In this document: in pieces, positions 33,398-42,040 of the stretch | Numbering within the stretch: the stretch's first letter is position 1 | Layout: every line of letters starts with the position of its first letter | DNA from: an uncultured Planctomycetota bacterium | GTDB lineage: Bacteria; Planctomycetota; Planctomycetia; Isosphaerales; Isosphaeraceae | Direction of reading: 5' to 3' | Assembly: GCA_963823665.1 (NCBI GenBank) | Contig: CAWGMQ010000011.1 | Span: 192,001 to 256,000 of the forward strand | DNA length: 64,000 bases | Notes under the pieces: model-generated | What the model saw: only the letters and a program-made list of their open reading frames with translations | The model's database searches: none | What the model was told of the DNA's origin: nothing | Translations under genes and position numbers: made by a program

Positions 33398-33470
33398 GCC
33401 CAGACTCGTTTCAGCAACGGGTCCGTCAAGGCGAACGCCGGTGCTCTGGACCGGGGCGGCTACCTGGCAA

Positions 33471-33893
33471 GTGAACACGCCTCATGACATTCCCAAGAGC
33501 GAAGCAAACGTCGACTGCTCGGGCAGACAGCGTATTTTCTCACTCGAGTGCCACCAAGTTCCTACCGGCTGGGCCGTAATGGCGACCAAGGTCACCGATG
33601 ACGACTTCGGCTATCGGTTCGAAAGCTTTTCGCCTTCAAAGCCTTGCTTCGCACTCGGTGAAGTCCGCGCGAAGATTCGGGCAGGCCTCGCCACCCGATA
33701 TGTATCGGCCGTTGAAGCCGAGCCCACTCTGAGCCACGACGTTATTTGTGGTCACATTGCCTGGGATCGAACGACAGACCGTCCCGTTCTCGTCGTTGAC
33801 GGCCGTCCGCTCTCCATGTTCGACCTCGAGCGCATCCTCAGTAGTCATGAGGGGTGGCAGGTGGAGCTTCGGATCGTCGATCCGACCGAGTGA
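33471..33893 (+). CDS. Hypothetical protein (resembles DUF7713-type C-terminus)
   Basis: GYRF..KIRAGLATRY..PVLVVDGR..EGWQVELRIVD; start uncertain; two partial copies nearby. Confidence 0.6.
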   Translation: MNTPHDIPKSEANVDCSGRQRIFSLECHQVPTGWAVMATKVTDDDFGYRFESFSPSKPCFALGEVRAKIRAGLATRYVSAVEAEPTLSHDVICGHIAWDRTTDRPVLVVDGRPLSMFDLERILSSHEGWQVELRIVDPTE

Positions 33894-34052
33894 AGAGCCC
33901 GTTTGGCCTTCCGCGGTCCACACGCGGAACCGAAAACGGAAGAGCGTCGGAGATTTTGGCGACGGATGAGACGCGGACAATACGAGAAAACGTCGTCGTG
34001 TTGAAAGTGAGGCGCAGGCACGGGGGCTGCGCGGAGGGGGAATGGATCGGAC

Positions 34053-34080
34053 ACGCACTTTCGCGGACCCAAAGGCGACT
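34053..34080. repeat. REP-like family 1, degenerate copy
   Basis: acgcactttcgcggacccaaaggcgact, two mismatches to 1269-1296. Confidence 0.75.
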
Positions 34081-34222
34081 TTGGGCTTTTGTTACGATCC
34101 TGGTTGTGCGCGTGTGAGACCGAGAGCCGGATGGCGGGCTCGGGCGGCATTCACGGTTCCAACCTTGCCGTGTTACAGTAGGCTAGAATCGGCATGAGAA
34201 TCACAAGTTCGTCGGCTGTCGA

Positions 34223-34777
34223 ATGCGCTTGACTGATACCGAAATCGACCTGCTGCTCAAACAACAAGCCATCTCAGTCCAATGGCCATGGTCAACCAAC
34301 GACGAAAGAGTGATCGACAATAACATCAAAGACATCGTTGCTGAGGTTCGGCGGAGGTTGCGGTTAGAAGACAAAACCGAATACGGCCATTACGGTTCAG
34401 GCTATGCGAGCTTTGTCGACTGCTGGCTGTATCGTCCGGATGATGACTTTCGATATCGTCCCGGTGCGCATTACAAAGGGCTGGTTGTGCTCTTCAGCCG
34501 ATTATCGCGCTTCTACGTACTCGGACAGGGTTTCAAGTCTTGGCACGTGACAGGTGGAACTTCCTATCTTCCAGAATTCGAATTCGTTGACAGTTTTGAC
34601 CATCAGGCTGTCTTGAGCCTTGTTCCGCGCGTTACAAGCATCTTGACGGATCGTGGGCTCACGCGACTATACAAATCTGATTTAGAGATCGTATTAGCAC
34701 GTCACATATGCGTTCCGACGATCATGACCGACCGTGTGTTTCGTCACTTCGACGCCCTGTTTTATTGGGAAGACTGA
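34223..34777 (+). CDS. Hypothetical protein, 184 aa, visibly lower GC than flanks
   Basis: Clean ORF; HYGSGYASFVD and FDALFYWED motifs; remnant copy at 5500. Confidence 0.75.
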   Translation: MRLTDTEIDLLLKQQAISVQWPWSTNDERVIDNNIKDIVAEVRRRLRLEDKTEYGHYGSGYASFVDCWLYRPDDDFRYRPGAHYKGLVVLFSRLSRFYVLGQGFKSWHVTGGTSYLPEFEFVDSFDHQAVLSLVPRVTSILTDRGLTRLYKSDLEIVLARHICVPTIMTDRVFRHFDALFYWED

Positions 34778-35052
34778 CTTAGTGGGACGAAGCGATCGTT
34801 GGGAACGACTGGAGTGGGTGGCCGGGCTGTTGCATAACATCAACGTCAGTCATACCCGTTTGGCTGATAACCGGCTTTGCTGTCGAGTTTTGTTCCAAGC
34901 GCAAGTCTTGCTGAACGAGCGTGGTGCTGCGCCTGCTGCGCGGTGTCGGCCGGGAGGCTCCGGGAATTGCGGGACGCGAACCGGTGCGCGAGTCACGTAC
35001 GTCTGACTTCTACGGAACGCACTCCAACGGTTGGGTGTGGGGCTCCTCCATC

Positions 35053-35481
35053 CTACTGGGCTGGCGCGTCGATGAAGACGCCTGGATCGATCCGGAAGTA
35101 GCGGGCCAGGATGCCGATGTGCCGGGTGTTAAGCCGGCGTCTGCCCAGGAGGATCTCCGACAGCGTCGACTCGGGCAGCCCTGCCCCCGCGGCGACGGTC
35201 GCCTGCGTCTTGCCGCTCGACTCGACCAGGTGCCGCAGAGCGTCGAGGCCAGAGACCGGCTGAATCGGGTAGTGCTGGTCCTCGTACTTCTCTACCAAGT
35301 CAGAGAGCACGTCGAGGTAATCCTCCTCATCCCGCGCGAACCCACCCCGGGCCAGGAGCCGATCGATCATTGCCACGGCCCGATCCAGTTCCCTGTCGGA
35401 ACGGAGCGGCGCAGAGGAAACTCCTGGATCAGAACGAAATAGCGGTCGCTCGTCCGATCTGGGCGCCGGACCTCAGTCGTC
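35053..35481 (-). CDS. higA: HigA-family antitoxin (HTH); frameshift near 35408, start uncertain
   Basis: FPLR(P)LRSDRELDRA..DYLDVLSDLVEKYE..STLSEILLGRRRLN; downstream of higB. Confidence 0.8.
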
Positions 35482-35763
35482 TTTCCACGTGCCACGGTCG
35501 TACTCCTTGTGGGTCAGCACATGCTGGATGTAGACCTTCCCCTTCGGGTAACTGACGATCGCAATCAGCCGATACTTGTTTCCGCCGACGTTGAACAGGA
35601 CGTATTCTTCGACCTTATCGGCGCTACCGTAGGTCATTTTCAGGTCGGCCCAATCCCGCCAATCGGCCCGTTTGACGACGGCTTCCCACTGGCGAAGCGG
35701 CGACTCCGCGTCCGAATGTGTCTCCCAGAATTCCCGCAGCGCCTTCCGCGAAATGATGTGCAT
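35473..35763 (-). CDS. higB: HigB-family toxin
   Basis: MHIISRKALREFW..FNVGGNKYRLI..VLTHKEYD. Confidence 0.93.
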   Translation of the reverse strand: MHIISRKALREFWETHSDAESPLRQWEAVVKRADWRDWADLKMTYGSADKVEEYVLFNVGGNKYRLIAIVSYPKGKVYIQHVLTHKEYDRGTWKDD

Positions 35764-35793
35764 GGTCGTTGCGCGGGCTACTCTCGTACTAGC

Positions 35794-35847
35794 ATCGCGA
35801 TAATCGCGATATCGGAAGTCAAGATAACGATTCGCAATATCGGAATC
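35794..35847. promoter_or_regulatory. Palindromic operators upstream of higBA
   Basis: atcgcga-taa-tcgcgat 35794-35810; imperfect gattcgcaatatcggaatc 35829-35847. Confidence 0.55.
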
Positions 35848-35898
35848 AAGCCCAGTTGGCGTTTATGGTTTTTCTTCGGGATCGCTCCATCGCTCCTT

Positions 35899-36047
35899 TC
35901 GGTTCGAGAGCTTTTCGCCTTCAAACCCGTCCCTCGCACGGGTCAATCTCGCGCAAAGATCCGGGCAGGCCTCGCCACAAAAGACCTCTCGGCCGCCGAA
36001 CCCGAGCCCACTCCAAGTCACGATATTCTTCGCGGTCATGCGGATCG
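35899..36047 (+). pseudogene. 5'/middle remnant of the 33471..33893 gene
   Basis: Matches 33614-33769 (RFESFSPS..AKIRAGLAT..SHD..GH). Confidence 0.85.
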
Positions 36048-36265
36048 GCGCGTTCGGACGTTCGGGGAGTTGTGGCCTTGCCGGCGGCAGTGCCGAGCTG
36101 ACTGTGATGAGTAGCAGGACGGGTAACCACGTGGCAGCCCTCCACACACCTAGCCACATCTCGACTCTACGAATCCCCTGGGTTGAAGGCAAGGTCGCGG
36201 AGGCCGACAGGGAGGGGGGGCGGGGGCTGGTGGGTGTCGCGGCGACCTGTACGTCGCCCTCGAGC

Positions 36266-36471
36266 GGGCCGCGGCTGCACTCTTGGGATAGGTGGCTGAA
36301 ATACCGGAAATGATGACTTGCTGGCGGAGTACGCACGGACTCAGATGGGCCTGTGGAAGCGGACTTGGGAGGACGTGGCGGGGCGAATTCACGGATCTTG
36401 AACAGAAGGTAACCACGAAGAGGCACAGGGCAGGTTGACTTGTGGTCAAGCTCCACATAGGATCGGCGGTG
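36266..36471 (+). repeat. Direct repeat A, right copy (orphan sulfatase tail GPRLHSWDRWLKYRK* plus promoter 36435-36463)
   Basis: Diverged copy of 4025-4239. Confidence 0.92.
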
Positions 36472-36513
36472 ATCCCGATGCTCTCTTTTGGGCTTTGCTT
36501 CGCTGGGAATGCC

Positions 36514-37098
36514 ATGACGCGTGCGGCCGGTCTCTGGGAACGCTATGTGATGGCGCTCGACGATGTAACGGATCGGCTGCATCGAATTGTGAATGCCTTG
36601 GAGCGCGAGGGCGTCGCCTACGCGCTCGTGGGCGGGCAGGCGGTTGCGCTCTGGGTCGCGACCAAGGATCCGGCGGCGGTGCGCACGACGAAGGACGTGG
36701 ATATTCTGCTGCGCCGCGAAGATCTCCCAATGGCGCGGGCCGCTGCGGCTTCGGTGGATATGGACTATTTTGAGGTCCTGGGAGTTGGGATGCTTCTCGA
36801 GCGATCGGATCCCAATCCGCGGAAGGCGGTTCATCTGCTGTGGGCGGGGCAAAAGGTTCAACCCGATAGCGCGCTGCCGTCACCGACCATTGATGAGCGC
36901 GAACTCCTCGAACCCAACACGCACGTGGTATCGCTCGCTGGTCTTGTACGAATGAAGCTGGTGGCGAACCGCGATCAAGATCGGGTTCATTTGCGCGACC
37001 TGATCGATGTTGGTCTGGTTACACGGGAGATGGTTCAAACTCTCCCGGTCGATCTGGCGGGCCGCCTTGATGCGTTGCTCCGCGAGTTTGGTCGATGA
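36514..37098 (+). CDS. Nucleotidyltransferase-superfamily protein
   Basis: YALVGGQAVALW..RTTKDVDILL (GG..DxD); LVRMKLVANRDQDRVHLRD. Confidence 0.82.
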   Translation: MTRAAGLWERYVMALDDVTDRLHRIVNALEREGVAYALVGGQAVALWVATKDPAAVRTTKDVDILLRREDLPMARAAAASVDMDYFEVLGVGMLLERSDPNPRKAVHLLWAGQKVQPDSALPSPTIDERELLEPNTHVVSLAGLVRMKLVANRDQDRVHLRDLIDVGLVTREMVQTLPVDLAGRLDALLREFGR

Positions 37099-37107
37099 GG
37101 AAGGCAA

Positions 37108-37529
37108 ATGAATCGCGCCTGTCTCGGCCAGAATGTGTTCTCGAGGTGGTTGCCGCCGGTGGCTGTACTGATAGTCGCTCTCGGCCTTTTCGTTTGCGCG
37201 AACGACAAGCGTACATCAGTGCTCAGCCGCCGCGGTCGAGATGCACGCTTACCGAGCTCGCTGAGAGGGTCCCGAAGCCCGCGCGCCTCGCTGTGATTTC
37301 AGCGTCCGGTTCCAAGCGATTGATTTGGATCGGACGGGTTCCCCATTTTACGTTGAATTCTGGTCCGCCTTGTTATGTCTTCGACGCGCACGGCGTTTTA
37401 GTTGACTGGTGTGCCAACACGGGAGAGGGCTGGTCTGGGGACTCATTTATGGGGGATGCGTACAAAGCGCCGCCAATCTCTTTAGAGGAGGCGATCCGCT
37501 GGTGCACGGAAAGGAATTCGACGAGATGA
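37108..37529 (+). CDS. Hypothetical membrane-anchored protein; probable frameshift near 37200
   Basis: Hydrophobic N-terminus (ORF 37108..37296) continuing into SGPPCYVFDAHGVLVDW (ORF 37095..37529). Confidence 0.5.
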
Positions 37530-37776
37530 CGAGCGGAAGGAAGTCCGAGGTTTTAGCCACGGATGGAACACTGATGAAACACGGATAATATAAGAAGTCA
37601 TCGGAAATTGGGTGAGTTGTATGGAGCTCACGCATAGGCGCAGAGGCGGCAAAGGTGGGGAGACGCGAACGAAGGGGATGGGAAGGGATCGATCGCTGGC
37701 GGTTTGTACGGGCGTGGAGAAGTGAAGATGGGCGCACGCAAATGGGTATCGTGCTCCGGAAACTCAGTCATGTCTG

Positions 37777-37865
37777 ATTCGTGAGATTTGTGAGATTCGT
37801 GGTCGAGCGTGTTGTTTTGCACGGCGGGGGGAAAGCGGACCACGAATCTCACGAATTACACGAAT
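37777..37865. repeat. 28-bp inverted repeat built from three CACGAAT iterations
   Basis: attcgtgagatttgtgagattcgtggtc / gaccacgaatctcacgaattacacgaat, 33-bp loop. Confidence 0.85.
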
Positions 37866-37915
37866 AGGCGGAGAGAAAGGCGTAGATAGTCATTCGCCAG
37901 GGTTGCGAGCGAGAA

Positions 37916-37947
37916 GACGCACTTTCGCGGAGCGAAAGGCGACTCTG
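37916..37947. repeat. REP-like family 1, copy identical to 1268-1299
   Basis: gacgcactttcgcggagcgaaaggcgactctg. Confidence 0.85.
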
Positions 37948-38494
37948 AAAATGGCGCGGGGGGCTTTCGCGCCGTGTCGCCTGATGAGTCGGGATTCTGT
38001 CGTACGAATACGGCAGTTTTTATTCTTTTGTCTGTTGACGGCAGGCAAAAGGGAGGAGCGCTTCGAGTGTCCATGAGCGGCGTCTTTTTACGGCGCGTGC
38101 GCATCATCGGCGACGTAATGCTGCCGAATTTGACGGTTGGCGCGATTGCGAGGTTTGGCGTGGCGTTTCCGGGAGAGGGATTTGCGGAGAACTGGAAACT
38201 ATTTGCAATTGGGTGTTTTGTGTCCCATATACTGGATTGATGTGTATGATCGGGCCCCTACGTGAGTCAGCACGATTGTTCGTGCTGGGGCGTGGGGGTT
38301 ATCGATCGTGTTCCTCATCCCGGGCGCATTGCAATGAGTTTTCGATGCCACTTGGGTTGGAATCAGCTCGATGGCGGGTCAGTCAACGGGCGGTGCGCCC
38401 GGGCGGATGAAAAGCGCGCTGTATTGGCGAATTTCGAGGTGCGCAATCCGGCGTTTTCTGCTGCGCGACGGTTTTGTGATGACGGTCGCCGGGA

Positions 38495-38532
38495 CGGACC
38501 CCCCCTGGCCCGCCCTTCTCAAGGGGGGGAAA
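38495..38532. repeat. REP-like family 2 (C-run-TGG-C-run-TT-NNN-AA-G-run hairpin)
   Basis: Also at 44183-44217, 45982-46028, 46062-46106. Confidence 0.8.
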
Positions 38533-38712
38533 CTTGGCGCAACATTCCCGCCGGGAAATCTCCGCTCCCTCGAGTGCAAATCATCGACTGCCCAGGGTGC
38601 GCCCCTCGCTTGCGGTCGTGTTGTTTATGCAAAGCTGGATTGCGTATCGGGGATGGTCTTGGACGCGGGCCGGGCACGGCGCGCGGGGGGAGGTGGGTAT
38701 AGCACTACGGCC

Positions 38713-38734
38713 GGTGGGTTTCACCCACCCTACG
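38713..38734 (-). repeat. GTAG-type REP-like palindrome
   Basis: Minus strand cGTAGGGTGGGTGAAACCCACC; single copy in window. Confidence 0.55.
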
Positions 38735-39060
38735 AGGTGCGGACCATCGAGGGAGTAATCTCACCCTCGCCTTCGTCGAAGCAGGCCCCCGATTGGCCTT
38801 GAACGTGCGCGTGGCGTGGCCGATGCCACGCGTGTAGCCAAGACGATGGTCTGTCGGCGCCGGTTCATGTCTTGATCGGCAAGCGTTGGCGGGTGTTGTC
38901 GCGGCCGCGCGATCGGTCGAAGCGCGGTGTCGTCGTCGGAAACGAGCCGCGTGCAAACCCGCTGCGCGCACGGGGCGGTATCTATTTTTTCTAAATCAAT
39001 CAAGTCGTCGCTCGCGGGCGGAATTTCTGGAGCCGCGGGGGAGAGGATCATGGTGAGGCG

Positions 39061-41180
39061 ATGAGTGAGCAGCGTGGCGGAGTGGTTATCGGAATGAATG
39101 ATCAGCGAGCCTCGACTCGCAATGGGTCGCGGTTCAATGCGCTCAAGCATGGGCTGACAGCCAAGACGCCGGTTTTGCCGGGCGAGGATCCGGCGGAGCT
39201 TCAGGCGAAGATTGATGCTTATAAGGCCAAGTATCAGACGAGAGACGAGGTCGAGGGAGACCTGATGGAGATGGCGGCGATCGCTTGCTGGCAGTTCAAG
39301 CGGGCCAATCGAATCGAGGCCCACAGGGTGACACGCGATATTGTGATGCGAACGGAGGCCGAAAAGGTTCGCGCGGGGAAGGATGTCGCGGGGCTCGGGC
39401 GTCGCTTGTTGTTTGACCGCCGCGGGCCCTGGCAGCTTTTTCCGTCGCGAGACTATGAGAACAAGCAGCCGCGGACCTCGGATTCGGGGGAACCTGTTGA
39501 CCCTGATCAGCCGGTGGTGATCGTGCGCGAGCTTGAATCGACCCCCGAGGGCTGCGGCTGGCTGCTGGACCGGTGGTTCGAGCTGCGGAAGCCGATCGAG
39601 AACGAGAGCGAGGACGGATCGGGCTGGCTTTCGTGTCAGAAATTCACGGCCATTCGCCTGCTGGGCAAGCAGCCGCTTGATGCCATTTGTGATCCCGAGG
39701 TGGCCATGGTGTTCCTCGCGAGCCACGCCATTTGTCCGAATTTTGCGACGGCTTTTCACGAGCTTCGGTGCGAGATCCACTATGATCAGGTTGAGATGCA
39801 TGAGGGCGACCTCGGGCGAGACGAGTGGGAGGCAATCACTCCGGCGGATACCGCGGCCGGGCGGAAGGCGCTGCTGGAGATCGTCGACAAATCGATTGAC
39901 CGGCTGCTGAGGCTGCAAGCCGAGCGGGGAGAAGTCGCCGCCTTCCTCGAGGAGGTTCAGTGCAATATCCCGAGCGACGAGGAGAGCAAGACGATGGCAC
40001 AGATTCAGCGCCATCGGGAGAAAGCCAATCGACTGGTGGTGCGGAACATTGAGATGATTGAAAGGAAGCGACGGTATGAGGCGGAAGGGTGGGGGAAGGC
40101 CCGGCGGGAACGCGAGAAACTGAAAGAGCAAGCACGACGCGGGCAGATGACCGATCTGCGGTTTGTGATCGACGAGCGTGGGACCATTCACGATGCCCAG
40201 GGCTATGATGGCGATCTCGACGCGGGCCTGGCCCGCTGGGAGGCGACGCACGGGAAGCAGCCGTTCGAGTATACCGATGCGCAGCGCGAGGAGGATGATC
40301 GCAGGCGGCGGGCCATTGCGGATTATGAGCGGTGGGTGGCTGGGGAGCGTGGGAATGCTGCGGGTGATCGGAGAGCAGATGGGGTGCACGGAGTGGTGGC
40401 TGATGGTGGGATGAAGCCGAGGGACGAGGCATTTTCGGGGCATGGAACTGCGGTTGTTGAGCCCAACGGTTCTGTTCCCTTAAGCCTTATGGGGAATGAG
40501 CCAGCGACGAAAATACAAAACGAAATTGAGGGGGGTGGTGGGAGCAGTGTCGAGCTGGAAGTTGGAGGCGGAGAGGAGACCGTCGGTCAGGGAGACGGCG
40601 GCGACCCATCGGGTGCCCGAGAACCCGCGCCGAACTGTAGAGCAAGGGGACGCCGGTGACCCTTTGGGTGCCCGAGAACCCGCGTCGAACTTGCGGAGAA
40701 GGCGGAGAGGAGACCGTCGGTCGTGGGGAGACCGGGAATGGTGAGGCGTGCGGTCTTGTTCCCTTAAGCCTTGTGGAGAAAGGGCCAGCGACGAAAATAC
40801 AAAACGAGATTGGTGGGGATGGTGCGAGTGGTTGCGAACGAGAGGGTGGTGGGGGAGTGGAAACCTGCGGTCGGGGAGACGGCGGCGACCCATCGGGTGC
40901 CCGAGACCCGCGCCGAACGGGCGATGGAGTGGAGACGTGCGGTCGGCTGGAGCCGGGTTGTGCCGTTCCCTTAAGCCTTGTGCAGAAAGGGCCAGCGACG
41001 AAAATACAAAACGAAACTGATGGAAGTGGCGTGGAGACTTGCGGTTTGCGGGACGGCGGCAAGCGAGCGGGTGGCGGAGACCTGTGCCGAACAGAACTGG
41101 AGACCTGCGGTCGCGCGGACGTCGGCGACCCTGCTGGTGCCCGAAACCCGCGCCGAACGGGCGATGGAGACACTTCCTAG
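39061..41180 (+). CDS. Hypothetical protein with NALKHGL motif and repeat-derived C-terminal tail; frame change near 40620-40680
   Basis: SRFNALKHGLTAKTPVLPGED; VPLSL..PATKIQNE occurs in both ORF 39061..40659 and ORF 40656..41180. Confidence 0.7.
40474..41165 (+). repeat. Composite repeat: three 50-bp units interleaved with four or more GGTGCCCGAGA(A)CCCGCGCCGAAC units
   Basis: gttcccttaagcctt..gccagcgacgaaaatacaaaacga at 40474, 40758, 40965; second unit ends at about 40635, 40690, 40918, 41158. Confidence 0.9.
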
Positions 41181-41474
41181 TGGTGAGCGGTCCGAATGTT
41201 CGCTCGGGCACGATTCAGGCCTCACCTTTTTGCGAGCGCTCTTGTGATGGGTCACCCAGGCCTTTGCTGCTTCAACCTCGTCGAACGAGGTGCAGAAAAC
41301 GTCGGCGATTCCTTGGCTGACAAGATTTGCCGGGCCTACGGTTTTCGTCCATTCGTGGTTGTGAGGAGATCGTCAGGCTGAAGCCTGACCTACTGGACGT
41401 TTTTGGTTACTCCGGACGACGTCACGTTTACGAACTGAACAAAACACTGACACGGGAGCTGGGCTGCAAGGCCT

Positions 41475-41756
41475 TTGAATGTGATGGGAATTGATGTCGA
41501 TGGCGAGAGGGCTGGCGAGAGCGGAAACTCGGACGCTGGAGAATCGGGACCCGAAACTTGCAATGTGGCGGCGGAATGCGCGGACGCAGAATCTCTGGTC
41601 GTCGCACCCGTCGCGGGAGGATCGCCGGAATCGCCGGAGCAAACTACGACGGAAAAGGAAAACGCGGACGGGGACGCTGACACAGCGGCCGACCACCCTG
41701 CGATCAGCCTCGACTCGCTCATCGAAATCGCACTTCAGAACCTCGACGGAGATTGA
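41475..41756 (+). CDS. Small acidic hypothetical protein
   Basis: ORF with amphipathic C-terminus ISLDSLIEIALQNL; no recognised family. Confidence 0.3.
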   Translation: MNVMGIDVDGERAGESGNSDAGESGPETCNVAAECADAESLVVAPVAGGSPESPEQTTTEKENADGDADTAADHPAISLDSLIEIALQNLDGD

Positions 41757-41900
41757 ACGAGCCGGAGCACGCGAACACGCGTCACGAATTGGCGGGTGAG
41801 GCGGGCGGAGCTGCCAAAACGACAGTTTGCAGCGGCAGCGGGATTTGGGCCGTTTTCCCGAATCTATTGTCTATCAATGACTAACGCAATTCTTTGGCCG

Positions 41901-41916
41901 TGGTACATGACTTGCA
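41901..41916 (+). promoter_or_regulatory. Sigma54 (-24/-12) promoter of the chaperone operon
   Basis: TGGTAC-ATGAC-TTGCA, GG-N10-GC spacing, about 125 bp upstream of groEL. Confidence 0.7.
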
Positions 41917-42040
41917 TTCTGCCACTGCGACGAAACTGTAGGGCAGCCCGCCGAGGCAGACGAAGCGAGATGGTTGAGGACATGGCGGCGGGTGAGTGGT
42001 GCCCCGCGGTAGTGAAGACAAAGTTTCAAGGAGAACCAAC

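Noticed and set aside
37950..39050. Protein-coding genes or ncRNA in this spacer
   Set aside because: Short ORFs lack recognisable motifs or RBS; no recognisable tRNA, rRNA or riboswitch here or elsewhere in the window
40474..41165. CRISPR array
   Set aside because: Repeats are 50 bp with irregular periods (284 and 207 bp), the spacers are themselves repetitive, and no cas genes are present
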